A DNA stretch of 37,639 bases, taken from positions 1-37,639 of IMG/VR virus record IMGVR_UViG_3300049138_000306; one strand, 5' to 3'. The notes beneath the pieces are model-generated. The model was not told the DNA's origin and ran no database searches. It saw nothing but the letters and a program-made list of their open reading frames with translations. Shown in pieces: positions 17,553-27,157 of this stretch. A program made the translations under genes and the position numbers. Source of the stretch: a virus (lineage: Duplodnaviria > Caudoviricetes). Within the stretch, counting starts at the first letter, position 1; each line of letters starts with the position of its first letter.

Positions 17553-18005
17553 ATGCGCGATTGCGAGCACTGCGGGACCTCATTCAAGGCCCGCTCGAAG
17601 GCGCACCGGTTCTGTTCGCCGGCCTGCCGCGGCGCCGCTCGCGCGGCGGCCGAGCCCGAGATGGAGCAGGGCCCGTCGATGCGCGAGACCGTCGACGGCG
17701 CCATCGCACAGATGACGTGGCTGACGCCCTCCGATCAAGGCCTCGTCGCGACCGCGCGCACGTACGCCGACCAGATCGACGCGAGTCTGCAGCTGCAGCA
17801 CGGCGTCAAGTGCGACCACTGCGACGAGATCACCACCGTCGCCGATCAGACCGAGATCACCAAGGCGATCTACATGCTGGCGCCGAACCTGCAGAACACG
17901 CTGAAGCAGCTCGGCGGTTCGCCGCACGACCGCAAGGCCTTGGAGATCAAGGAGGGCAAGCGTGGCCGCCTCTCGACAATTCGCCAGAAGCGCGAAGCGT
18001 CGTAA
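17553..18005 (+). CDS. Terminase small subunit with N-terminal zinc finger
   Basis: GGAGG RBS; CEHC..FCSPAC; D...A.TYA.QID...L..LGGSP..R pattern; overlaps terL. Confidence 0.78.
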   Translation: MRDCEHCGTSFKARSKAHRFCSPACRGAARAAAEPEMEQGPSMRETVDGAIAQMTWLTPSDQGLVATARTYADQIDASLQLQHGVKCDHCDEITTVADQTEITKAIYMLAPNLQNTLKQLGGSPHDRKALEIKEGKRGRLSTIRQKREAS

Positions 18006-19671
18006 GAAGCGCCCGCCCCTGTGGGGCTGCGAGGTCCCGCGGATCTGGACGCCGCCGCTCCGGGAGCTGACGCCGGCCACGACGCTCGGCTACGAGGTCA
18101 TCGAGTTCGCCGAGGTCATCGGCGTCGAGCTGATGCCCTGGCAGCAGTGGTTCCTCATCCACGCGCTGGAGCTGCGGCCCGATGGGAACTTCCGGTTCCG
18201 CAAGATCGTTCTCCTGGTGGCCCGGCAGAACGGCAAGTCGACCCTCCTGCAGGTGCTGACGCTCTGGCGGATGTACGTTGACCGCTGCCGCCTCGTCATC
18301 GGCACCGCGCAGGACCTCGACACCGCCGAGGAGGTCTGGGAGGGTGCCGTCGAGCTGGCGCAGAACGCGCCGGAGCTCGCCTCCGAGATTGCTCAGGTCC
18401 TCAAGGTCAACGGGAAGAAGACCCTGCGACTGACGACCGGTGAGCGGTACAAGGTCCGCACCGCGAACCGCAAGGGCGGCCGCGGGCTGTCCGGTGAGCT
18501 CGTCCTCCTGGACGAGCTGCGCGAGCACCAGTCCTGGGATGCCTGGGCCGCCGTCACCAAGACCACGAACGCCATGGATCGCGCGCAGATCATCGCCGCG
18601 AGCAACGCCGGCGACGCCACCTCGATCGTCCTGCGCTACCTGCGGATGATCGCCCACCGGGCGCTGGGCGACCCGGACGGGATCTGCGAGGCCGAAGGCG
18701 AGATCACCCCTGACCTCGACGAGTTCGAGGAGGAGGACGACCTCGAGGACGACGACGTCCTGGACGACGAGGACGACTACGACGACCTCGACATGGACGA
18801 GTTCGAGGACGAGTTCACCGACGACGACGGACTCGGGATCTTCGAATGGTCGGCGATCCCGGGCTGCCCGGTCACCGACCGCGACGGCTGGGCGCAGGCC
18901 AACCCCGCGCTCGGCCACACCATCACCGAACGCACCATCGGCTCCGACGCGAAGATCGACCCCGAGTGGATCTTCCGCACCGAGGTGCTGTGCCAGTGGT
19001 CGACCGGCGCGCTCGACGGCCCGTTCCCCGCCGGCGCCTGGGAGGCCGGCACTGACCCCGAGTCCGCCCCGGCCCCGGACTCGCCAGTGTCGCTGTGCGT
19101 CGACGTCTCCTGGGACCGCACACGCACCTATGTCGGCCTGGCCGCCTGGCGCCCCGACGGCGACCCGACCGTGGAGATCATCGCGACCCGCACCGGCACC
19201 GACTGGGTAGCGAAGTGGCTCACCGCCCCGGACCGCGACAGCGCCGTCAAGGCCGCCCCGGTCGTCGTGCAGGCCGCGGGCGCACCCGCGACCGGGCTGA
19301 TTCCCGACCTGACCGAAGCTGGGATCACCGTCATCCCCTGGAAGGGCAGCGACCTGGGCGGTGCGACCGGCGACTTCTACGACCGCGTCCGCGCCGCCGT
19401 CGCAGGACCCGACGACGAGGGCGACGCCGACCTCGACGACGAGGACCAGGAGCCGGCCCCTGGCGTCTGGCACCGACCCCAGCAGGTCCTCGACAACGCC
19501 GCCGCCACCGCGGCGGCCAAACCCCTCGCGGACTCCTGGGTGGTCGACCGGCGCAACAGCCCCAACGACGCTGCGCCCCTCATCGCCGTCATCGGCGCCC
19601 TGTGGGGCCTCAAGGGCTGGGAGCCCCCGGCCGAATCCGCCTACGAGACCCGAGAGTTGGTGACCGTCTAG
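17962..19671 (+). CDS. Terminase large subunit
   Basis: PWQQW motif, Walker A VARQNGKS, Walker B LVLLDE, QANPALG, nuclease CVDVS. Confidence 0.95.
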   Translation: MAASRQFARSAKRRKKRPPLWGCEVPRIWTPPLRELTPATTLGYEVIEFAEVIGVELMPWQQWFLIHALELRPDGNFRFRKIVLLVARQNGKSTLLQVLTLWRMYVDRCRLVIGTAQDLDTAEEVWEGAVELAQNAPELASEIAQVLKVNGKKTLRLTTGERYKVRTANRKGGRGLSGELVLLDELREHQSWDAWAAVTKTTNAMDRAQIIAASNAGDATSIVLRYLRMIAHRALGDPDGICEAEGEITPDLDEFEEEDDLEDDDVLDDEDDYDDLDMDEFEDEFTDDDGLGIFEWSAIPGCPVTDRDGWAQANPALGHTITERTIGSDAKIDPEWIFRTEVLCQWSTGALDGPFPAGAWEAGTDPESAPAPDSPVSLCVDVSWDRTRTYVGLAAWRPDGDPTVEIIATRTGTDWVAKWLTAPDRDSAVKAAPVVVQAAGAPATGLIPDLTEAGITVIPWKGSDLGGATGDFYDRVRAAVAGPDDEGDADLDDEDQEPAPGVWHRPQQVLDNAAATAAAKPLADSWVVDRRNSPNDAAPLIAVIGALWGLKGWEPPAESAYETRELVTV

Positions 19672-19919
19672 TGTTCTGGTTCCTGCGCACCATGGTGCGC
19701 CGCCGCGTCGTCGTGAACCTCGCCTCCGGGCGCGCCTTCCGCGGCATCCTGTGGGCCAAGCGCGGCCCGCTCCTGGTCCTGCGCGACGCCACCATGTACG
19801 AGCCCGGCGTCCCGCCGGTCGCCGTCGACGGCGAGACCGTCATCGAACGGCGCACCGTCGAGTTCATCCAGGTGCTCCCCGCCGCGGCCGCGGCGACACC
19901 CGCCGACGAGGCCGCCTGA
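19671..19919 (+). CDS. Sm/LSm-like fold small protein
   Basis: VVVNLASGRAFRGIL.....LLVLRDA (Sm1-like) and GETVIERRTVEFIQ (Sm2-like); coupled to terL and portal. Confidence 0.65.
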   Translation: MFWFLRTMVRRRVVVNLASGRAFRGILWAKRGPLLVLRDATMYEPGVPPVAVDGETVIERRTVEFIQVLPAAAAATPADEAA

Positions 19920-21859
19920 TGGCCTTCGTCGTCTCCGCTGGATCTCTGACCAGCCTCGACCGCGCGCAGCTGCCCGCGCCCTACTCCATTCAGCTCGGCG
20001 AGGGCCTGTACCGCCACTATGACGAGATCTGGCGGACCCAGCCCGCCGTGCGCACCGTCGTCGGGTTCCTCGCCCGCAACATCGCCCAGCTCGGCATCCA
20101 GGTGTTCCGGCGCCTCTCCGACACCGACCGCGAACGCCTCACCGACCACCCGCTCGCGCAGCTCCTGGCCAACCCGCAGCCCGGCTCCAAGATCACCCGC
20201 TACCGGCTGATCTACGGATGGGTCTCGGACCTCGGCATCTACGACAGCGCCGTCATGGTCAAGGTCAAGGGCGAGACCGAGCGCCCGGCCGGCCTGGTCC
20301 GCATCCCCCCTTCCAAAGTGGAGCCGATCGGCGACAGCTGGCTGCAGACCGAGAAGTACCGCATCAAGGGGTCCCGCGGGTACCGCGACATCCCCGCCGA
20401 GGACGTCCTCCACTCGTTCGGCTACGACCCGACCGATCCGCGCCTGGGCACATCGTCGATCGAGACGCTGCGCCGCATCCTCGCCGAGGAGCACGCCGCA
20501 AACACCTACCGGGAACAGATGTGGCGCAACGGTGCCCGTATCTCCGGCTACATCGAACGGCCTAAGGACGCGCCCGGCTGGTCCGAGACCGCGATGAAGC
20601 GCTTCGCCGCCGGGTGGCGCGCCCAGTACACCGGGACCGGGCCCGAGACCGGCGGGACACCCGTCCTCGAGGACGGCATGAAGTTCGTGCAAGCGAGCTT
20701 CACCCCCAAAGACGCCGAGTACATCTCCGCGCGCAAACTCACGCGCGAGGAGGTCGCCGCGGCGTACTTCATCCCGCCGCCCATGGTTGGGATTCTGGAG
20801 CACGCCACGTTCTCCAACATCAAAGAGCAGCACACGAACCTCTACCAGGACACCCTCGGGCCCTGGCTCAAAATGATGAAAGAGGACATCGAACTGCAGC
20901 TCCTGCCCGACCTGGACGACAGCACCGACGTCTACTGCGAGTTCAACCTCGACGAGAAGATGGCCGGCTCCTTCGAGGAGCAGGCCCAGGCCGCCTCGAC
21001 CGCAGTCGGCGGCCCGTGGATGACCGTCAACGAGCAGCGCGCCCGCCGCAACCTCCCCGAGGTCGACGGCGGCGACGAGCTCATCGTCCCCCTCAACGTC
21101 ACCACCGGAGGCCAGGCCTCACCGCGCGACTCCGCGCCGCCGCCGAAGGGCACCCGCACCGGCCACGGCCGACGCGTGCGCTTCGTCGACGTCAAGGCAC
21201 GCGCTGACGATCACACCGACGCCGTCACCGCCACGCTCGCCAAGTTCTTCGAACGCCAGGGCAACGTCCTGGCGTCCGCCGTCGGTGCGGCCACCTCGCC
21301 CGCCGTCGACGCCACCGACATCTTCGACCAGCACCGCTGGGACGACGAGCTCACCGCCGACCTGCTCGACGTGGCCCTCGTCGTCTCCGCCGCCGCCGGC
21401 CGCGCCGCCATGGCCGACCTCGGCCTGGCCGAGGACACCTACGACACCGCCCGCACCGAAGGCTGGCTCGCCTCGCACGCGTCCGGCGTCGCCTCCCGCA
21501 TCAACGCCGGGACCCTCGCGATGCTCGCCGCCGAGATCGCCGTCGACGCAACCGCCGCCGTCGTCAAGGCCCTGTTCGCAGGGTTCGTCGACCACCGCGC
21601 CGCCGCCGAAGCCACCGAAGAGATCACGGTGATCTCCGGCTTCGCCGCCATCGAGGCCGCGAAGGCGACCGGCAAGCCGATGGTCAAGACCTGGAAGACC
21701 CGCTCGAAGGACCCGCGGCGCTCGCACGCCTCCGTCAACGGCGAGACCGCCGCCGTCGGCGACCTCTTCTCGAACGGGGCCCGGTGGCCGGGCGACTCCC
21801 TACTGCCGGCCGCCGAACGCGCCGGATGCACCTGCGACATGGAGATAGGACCCGCCTGA
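19919..21859 (+). CDS. HK97-family portal fused to MuF-like head morphogenesis domain
   Basis: Portal motifs (HPLAQLLANP, VLEDGMKF, EVAAAYFIPP, MTVNEQR); C-terminal KTW..R.SH..NGE....F.NG..WPGD......GCTC. Confidence 0.92.
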   Translation: MAFVVSAGSLTSLDRAQLPAPYSIQLGEGLYRHYDEIWRTQPAVRTVVGFLARNIAQLGIQVFRRLSDTDRERLTDHPLAQLLANPQPGSKITRYRLIYGWVSDLGIYDSAVMVKVKGETERPAGLVRIPPSKVEPIGDSWLQTEKYRIKGSRGYRDIPAEDVLHSFGYDPTDPRLGTSSIETLRRILAEEHAANTYREQMWRNGARISGYIERPKDAPGWSETAMKRFAAGWRAQYTGTGPETGGTPVLEDGMKFVQASFTPKDAEYISARKLTREEVAAAYFIPPPMVGILEHATFSNIKEQHTNLYQDTLGPWLKMMKEDIELQLLPDLDDSTDVYCEFNLDEKMAGSFEEQAQAASTAVGGPWMTVNEQRARRNLPEVDGGDELIVPLNVTTGGQASPRDSAPPPKGTRTGHGRRVRFVDVKARADDHTDAVTATLAKFFERQGNVLASAVGAATSPAVDATDIFDQHRWDDELTADLLDVALVVSAAAGRAAMADLGLAEDTYDTARTEGWLASHASGVASRINAGTLAMLAAEIAVDATAAVVKALFAGFVDHRAAAEATEEITVISGFAAIEAAKATGKPMVKTWKTRSKDPRRSHASVNGETAAVGDLFSNGARWPGDSLLPAAERAGCTCDMEIGPA

Positions 21860-22569
21860 TGCTCATCAAATCGCTGCCCGCGCAGATCAAGGCAGTCGGC
21901 GACGGCGCGCCCGAAGGCGTGGTCGAAGCCATCATCGCCGCGTACAACATCGACGACGTCGGCGACAAGATCATCCCCGGCGCCTTCGAGAAGGACCTCG
22001 CCGCGTGGCAGGCCTCAGGCGACCCGATCCCCTTCGTGTGGTCGCACCAGCACAACGACCTCGACGCCCACGTCGGCGAAGTGCTCGAGGCCAAGGAGAT
22101 CGACGAGGGCCTGTACGTCAAGGCGCAGCTCGACATGGACGAGCCTTCCGGGCGGAAGCTATGGAAGCTCCTCAAGGGACGGCGTATCCGCAAGTTCTCC
22201 TTCGCCTACGACATCAAATCCGCCGGCTGGGCCGAGAAAGACGGCAAGGAGTTCTTCGAGCTGCGCGAGCTCGGGATCTTTGAGGTCGGCCCGACCCTGA
22301 TTCCCGCCAACCCGCAGACCGACCTGATCGCAGCCAAGGGCGCCGCCGGCGGCGGCGCGGCCGCGATCCAGGAGCTGCACGACAAGACCTGCGGTCTCGG
22401 CGCCAAGTGCGCCAAGGCCGAGGACACCACCGACACCGACCGCAAGGCCACGCGAGACGACGGACCGGCCAAGGACGAGACCCCCGCGGGTAAGTCCGAG
22501 GAGCCCATCCGCCGCAGCCCCGCCTCACTCGTGCTGTCGATCGATACCGAACTGATCGATACCCCATAA
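21859..22569 (+). CDS. HK97-type prohead protease
   Basis: D..GD.I.PGAF, WSH, FSFAY, EVGPTLIPAN. Confidence 0.92.
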   Translation: MLIKSLPAQIKAVGDGAPEGVVEAIIAAYNIDDVGDKIIPGAFEKDLAAWQASGDPIPFVWSHQHNDLDAHVGEVLEAKEIDEGLYVKAQLDMDEPSGRKLWKLLKGRRIRKFSFAYDIKSAGWAEKDGKEFFELRELGIFEVGPTLIPANPQTDLIAAKGAAGGGAAAIQELHDKTCGLGAKCAKAEDTTDTDRKATRDDGPAKDETPAGKSEEPIRRSPASLVLSIDTELIDTP

Positions 22570-22583
22570 GGAGGGGCTACCAC

Positions 22584-23858
22584 ATGAACAAGCTCGCAGA
22601 GCTGCAGGAGCGGCTCAAGGCCACGCTCACGCCCGCCCGCGACATCGCCGCCCTCGCCGAGAAAGAGGGCCGCGACTTCACCGCCGACGAGAACGACAAG
22701 ATCAAGGCCGCGCTCGCCGAGGCAAAGGACATCAAGGCCGACATCGCCAAGGCGAAAGACGAGAACGCCGTCCGGGACGCGCTGAAGTCCTTCGGCGACG
22801 AGCTCGGCTTCGAGCCCGGCCGCCAGGGCGACCAGCCCGACGGCTCGGGCCTGATCACGCCGTCCAAGTCGATCGGCGCGCACTTCGTCGAGTCCGATGC
22901 CTACCAGGCCATGCTGCAGTCCGCGCCGAACGGCCGGTTCGGCGAGAAGATGCGCGTCCAGTCCGCGCCGGTGGGATTCAAGACGCTGATCACCGGTGCG
23001 TCGCCCACGTCGGCCGGCGCTCTGGTGACCCCGGAGCGGACCAACATCATCGAGATGCTGGGCCGTCCCCCGCTGACCGTGCGCAACCTCGTCTCGGTCC
23101 GCCAGACCGGGTCCGACACCGTCGAATACGTCCGCCAGACCTCGCGCGTCAACGCCGCGGCGCCGGTCGCCGAGGCCACCGCGACCACTGGCGCCAACGG
23201 CGTCAAGCCGGAAGGAGGGTTCGCGCTCGAGGTCGTCCCCGAGACGGTCAAGACCCTCGCCGAGTGGATCCCCGCGACCAAGCGGGCCCTCTCGGACGCG
23301 GCGCAGCTGCGCAGCCTGATCGACGACGAGCTCCGCGGCGACCTCGCCGAGCTCGAGGAAGACCAGATGCTCAACGGCGACGGCACCGGCGAGAACCTCC
23401 GCGGCATCCTGCAGACCCCGGGCATCCAGACGCAGGCGTACTCCGCGACCGTCGCCGGCCTCGACCCGCTGCTGGAAACCACGTTCATGGCCCGTACCAA
23501 GGTGCGGACCGTGGGCAGGTCGCAGCCCAACGCCTACATGTTCAACCCCGCCGACTGGGAGAAGATCCACCTCGCCCGCCTGGCGAAGAACCCCAATAAC
23601 GAGGCGCAGGCCGGCGCGTTCATGACCCTGCACGGCCTCCCGGTCGTCGAGTCCGAAGCGGTCGCCGCCGGCGTCGGCCTCGTCGGCGACTGGCGACGGG
23701 CTGTGGTCTGGGACCGCGAGCAGGCCTCCGTGACGATCAGCGACAGCCACGCGGACTTCTTCATCCGCAACATGGTCGCCGTGCTCGCCGAGGAACGGCT
23801 GGCCTTCGGCGTCACCCGCCCGTCCGCGTTCGTCTCGATCGACCTCACCGAGCTGTGA
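22584..23858 (+). CDS. HK97-fold major capsid protein with delta domain
   Basis: AAGGAGG RBS; coiled N-terminus; EDQMLNGDGTG..GIL; AEERLAFGVTRPSAF. Confidence 0.95.
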   Translation: MNKLAELQERLKATLTPARDIAALAEKEGRDFTADENDKIKAALAEAKDIKADIAKAKDENAVRDALKSFGDELGFEPGRQGDQPDGSGLITPSKSIGAHFVESDAYQAMLQSAPNGRFGEKMRVQSAPVGFKTLITGASPTSAGALVTPERTNIIEMLGRPPLTVRNLVSVRQTGSDTVEYVRQTSRVNAAAPVAEATATTGANGVKPEGGFALEVVPETVKTLAEWIPATKRALSDAAQLRSLIDDELRGDLAELEEDQMLNGDGTGENLRGILQTPGIQTQAYSATVAGLDPLLETTFMARTKVRTVGRSQPNAYMFNPADWEKIHLARLAKNPNNEAQAGAFMTLHGLPVVESEAVAAGVGLVGDWRRAVVWDREQASVTISDSHADFFIRNMVAVLAEERLAFGVTRPSAFVSIDLTEL

Positions 23859-24322
23859 GCCTGACGGGCGCGACGTCGCCGCGCTGTCCCCTGTGCGGCG
23901 ACCCACGCCACGCCTGCGGGGATCCCAGCGATGTCGTGCCCGTCGACCAGCGCATCGAAAGGAGCAACACCACCATGGCGAAACTCGACCGCTACAACGT
24001 GACCATCAACGGTCACAAGACCATCATGCAGCTGACCGAGGCCAAGGCGAAGGAGATGGGCGGCGAGCGCTACGTCCCGCCGGAGCCGACGCCCAAGCCC
24101 GAGGACCAGGCCGCCGTCATCACCGGCCTGCAGACCGAACTCGACGACGCCAACGCAGAGATCGAGCACCTGCGCGCCGAACTCAAGTCCGCCGCCAAGA
24201 CCGAGGCCACCGCCGAGGGCGAGACCGAAGCGGCCGTGACCGACACCGCGGCCGAGGACACGACGAAGGCGGCCCCGGCGCCGGCCAACAAGTCGCGCAC
24301 GGCCCGGAACAAGGGGCAGTAG
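23855..24322 (+). CDS. Post-capsid hypothetical protein (alternative start 23975)
   Basis: GTGA overlap with the capsid gene; internal AAAGGAG plus ATG at 23975; PANKSR C-terminus. Confidence 0.65.
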   Translation: MSLTGATSPRCPLCGDPRHACGDPSDVVPVDQRIERSNTTMAKLDRYNVTINGHKTIMQLTEAKAKEMGGERYVPPEPTPKPEDQAAVITGLQTELDDANAEIEHLRAELKSAAKTEATAEGETEAAVTDTAAEDTTKAAPAPANKSRTARNKGQ

Positions 24323-24327
24323 GGATC

Positions 24328-24840
24328 ATGGCACCGCTGGCGGGCGTCCTCGACTGGCCGAACTACACCTCGGCGCCGATGCCGGGTAACGCCGAGCACC
24401 TCCTCGAGGCCGCCTCCGGCGTGATCCGCACGTACGTGGAGTGGTCGATCAGCCGCGAGATCGTCGTCGACGCCCGCCTCGACAGCCCCGGCGGCACGCT
24501 CCTGCTGCTGCCGACCCTGCTGCTGGTGTCCGTTCAGGAGGTGGCCGTCGACGGCACGGCGGTCACCGACTACGACTGGTCGACCCTCGGCATGCTCGAG
24601 CGGGCGGCCGGGTGGCCGGCGGGGTTCGGGCGCCTCACCCTCTCCTACACGCACGGGTATGAGACCACCCCGGCCGAGATCAAGAGCTACACGGTCAGCG
24701 TCGCCGCGGCCGCGGCCGCTTCGGTCGCGGGCAAGGTCCAGGAGTCCATCGGCGACTGGTCGGCGACGTACGCCACCGTCGAACGGGTCTTCGGCTCCAT
24801 GGGCAAGACGGTCCTCGATCGGTACCGGCGCAAGGCATGA
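24328..24840 (+). CDS. Head-tail connector/adaptor
   Basis: LLEAASGVIR...YTHGY..P..I..ESIGDWS; synteny. Confidence 0.8.
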   Translation: MAPLAGVLDWPNYTSAPMPGNAEHLLEAASGVIRTYVEWSISREIVVDARLDSPGGTLLLLPTLLLVSVQEVAVDGTAVTDYDWSTLGMLERAAGWPAGFGRLTLSYTHGYETTPAEIKSYTVSVAAAAAASVAGKVQESIGDWSATYATVERVFGSMGKTVLDRYRRKA

Positions 24841-25172
24841 GCGCGATCACGCACCTGCTCAACCGCACACTCGGCCATCGGCGCCCGGCCGCCACCGCGG
24901 ACGGCGCCGGCGGCTCGACAACCGCCTGGACCGGCCTCGGCCCTATCCCGTGCCGCACCTCGCAACCGTCCGCTACCGAGCGGCTGTACGCCGCGCAGGC
25001 CGAGGCCGAGCACAGCCAGCCAATCTACTTCGAACCCGACGCCGACGTCCGCAAGGGCGATGAGCTGGTCGACGCCGGCGACGTGTGGCGCGTCGCGGCC
25101 ACCATCCGCCCCTCTCAAGCGCAGTACCTGCGTGCTGACTGCGAGCTGATCCAGACGCGAGGTGATCCGTGA
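24837..25172 (+). CDS. Head closure/stopper protein
   Basis: DGAGG....W...DVRKGDEL; synteny. Confidence 0.8.
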   Translation: MSAITHLLNRTLGHRRPAATADGAGGSTTAWTGLGPIPCRTSQPSATERLYAAQAEAEHSQPIYFEPDADVRKGDELVDAGDVWRVAATIRPSQAQYLRADCELIQTRGDP

Positions 25173-25543
25173 TGGCCCGTTCCACCTACACGATCAAGGT
25201 CACCAACTCCACCAAGCTCAAGCGGCAGCTCAAAGAGCTACCGGAGGAGCTGCGCACGGGCATCCGCAAAGCCGTCAGGTCCTCCGCGGCCGCCGTCCGG
25301 GCCGACGCCCGCAAGCGCGTGCGCGTCGACACGGGCGACCTGCGGCGGTCCATCCGGTACAAGACCGACCGCGACGGCCTCGGCGCCGTCGTCAAGGTCC
25401 ACGAGTACTACGGCCACTTCATCGAGTTCGGGACGTCCTCGATCCCGGCGGAGCCGTTTCTGCGGCCCGCGGCCGAGGCCGAGCGCAAGCAGTTCCCGAG
25501 CCGCATCAGCGACGACGTACGGAAGGCGCTGGGGCTCAAGTGA
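25172..25543 (+). CDS. HK97 gp10-family tail completion protein
   Basis: VDTGDLRRSI, YGHFIEFGTS..PAEPFLRPA. Confidence 0.9.
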   Translation: MARSTYTIKVTNSTKLKRQLKELPEELRTGIRKAVRSSAAAVRADARKRVRVDTGDLRRSIRYKTDRDGLGAVVKVHEYYGHFIEFGTSSIPAEPFLRPAAEAERKQFPSRISDDVRKALGLK

Positions 25544-25950
25544 TCGCCGATTCACCCGCCGAACCGATCCAGGTGGCCGTCTTCGTCCGAGCTTCCACCG
25601 ATGCGGCCCTCGCCACGCTCGGCGCTGCGGTCGTCGACGACACCGACGGCGCGCCCTACCCGTATGTGTCCATCGGCGAGGGCACCGAGACGGCCGACAA
25701 CGCACACGACCAGTTCGGCCGCGACTCGACGATCACGCTCCACGTCTGGTCGTCCGAAAGCGGATTCCAGCAGGCGAACCGGATCGCGAATCGCCTCGTC
25801 CAGCTCTTCGACCACCAGCCGCTGACCGTCGAGGGGCACCGGGTGGTCGCCGTCCGGGCGCTTACCCTCACCCGCCTCCTCGACCCGCGCGAGCCGTTCG
25901 TTAGGCACGTCGCCGTGCCGTTCCGCGTCGTGACCGCCCAGCAGACCTAA
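25540..25950 (+). CDS. Tail terminator (DUF3168-like)
   Basis: APYPYVSIG...TITLHVWS; synteny. Confidence 0.82.
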   Translation: MIADSPAEPIQVAVFVRASTDAALATLGAAVVDDTDGAPYPYVSIGEGTETADNAHDQFGRDSTITLHVWSSESGFQQANRIANRLVQLFDHQPLTVEGHRVVAVRALTLTRLLDPREPFVRHVAVPFRVVTAQQT

Positions 25951-25969
25951 CACCCACGAAGGAGGAGCA

Positions 25970-26308
25970 ATGGCTGCACTCGACACCATCACAGCAACCG
26001 CGGCCCTACCGCTCGCCGACCTCGCCGGCGCGCTCGACCCCGCCGACGCGCTCGGTGACACCGCGCAGATCGGGCCCGGCCAGGTCTTCGTCATGCACAA
26101 CAGCGCCGGGGTGACGCGCACTGCCACGATCGCCACCCCAGGCACCCACAAGGGCATGGCCGTTGCCGACGGCCAGCTGATCGTCCCTGCCGGCGACATC
26201 GGCCTGATCCCCCTCGGCGACATCTTCCGCGGCGCGAACTCGCGCGCCGCGATCACCTATGACGACCCGGTCGGCCTGACCGTTGGCGTCTTCCAGATCG
26301 GAGGCTGA
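25970..26308 (+). CDS. Hypothetical structural protein
   Basis: AAGGAGGAG RBS; directly before the tail tube gene. Confidence 0.75.
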   Translation: MAALDTITATAALPLADLAGALDPADALGDTAQIGPGQVFVMHNSAGVTRTATIATPGTHKGMAVADGQLIVPAGDIGLIPLGDIFRGANSRAAITYDDPVGLTVGVFQIGG

Positions 26309-26310
26309 AC

Positions 26311-26745
26311 ATGAGCGGCAGAGACGCATTCGGAACACAGTTCAAAAGGGACACGACCGGCGCCGGCGTGTTCGCCGCGATCGCCTCGATCACCGACATC
26401 TCTGGGCCGGAGCGGTCCCGCGAGGAAATCGAGGTCACCGCGCACGACAGCCCCGACGGGTACAAGGAATACGTCAAGGGCCTGAAAGACGGTGGGGAAG
26501 TGACGCTGACGCTGAACTACGACCCCGGCCAGTCCACGCACCGGGACCTCGACGGGGACTTCGAGGAAAAGGACCTGCGCGCCTACCAGGTCGTCGTCCT
26601 GCCCGGCGATGCCGACCAGCTCACGGTCCAGTTCAACGGCCTGATCACCTCGATGGGCGAGGAATACCCCATCGACGACAAGATGGAAATGGAAGTCACC
26701 TTCAAGATCTCCGGCAAGCCGACCCGCACCTACGCGGGGGCCTGA
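26311..26745 (+). CDS. Major tail tube protein
   Basis: ISGP...EIEVT.HDS...KEYVKGLKDGGEVT...FKISGKP. Confidence 0.92.
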   Translation: MSGRDAFGTQFKRDTTGAGVFAAIASITDISGPERSREEIEVTAHDSPDGYKEYVKGLKDGGEVTLTLNYDPGQSTHRDLDGDFEEKDLRAYQVVVLPGDADQLTVQFNGLITSMGEEYPIDDKMEMEVTFKISGKPTRTYAGA

Positions 26746-26746
26746 C

Positions 26747-27157
26747 GTGGAAAACGAAAAGCGGTTCCTCACCAAGGCCGAGATCAAGGCCGTCAAGGAC
26801 ATCGAGATCGACGAGCTGTACGTCCCCGAGTGGAAGGGGTGGGTTCACGTCCGTGGCCTCAACGGCACCCAGCGGGCCCTCATCAACGGCACCGCCATCG
26901 CCACCCGCGGCGTCGACGTCAGCCTCAAAGCCGACGCGCTCGCCGAGCAGCAGCTGCGCATCGCGGCCGCCTGCCTCGTCGACGAGGACGGCAAGCAGTT
27001 CTACTCCATCAAGGAGTTCGCCGAACTCGGCGAGAAGTCCGCCGGGGCCGTGCAGCGCGTGTACGAGAAGGCCTCCGAGCTGTCCGGCACCAAGCCGGAC
27101 GCAGTCGAGGAGACGGCGGAAAACTCCGACGCCGCCCAGAGCGAAAGTTCCTCCTGA
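26747..27157 (+). CDS. Tail assembly chaperone (G)
   Basis: VPEWKG.V.VRGL; lies between tube and tape measure. Confidence 0.85.
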   Translation: MENEKRFLTKAEIKAVKDIEIDELYVPEWKGWVHVRGLNGTQRALINGTAIATRGVDVSLKADALAEQQLRIAAACLVDEDGKQFYSIKEFAELGEKSAGAVQRVYEKASELSGTKPDAVEETAENSDAAQSESSS

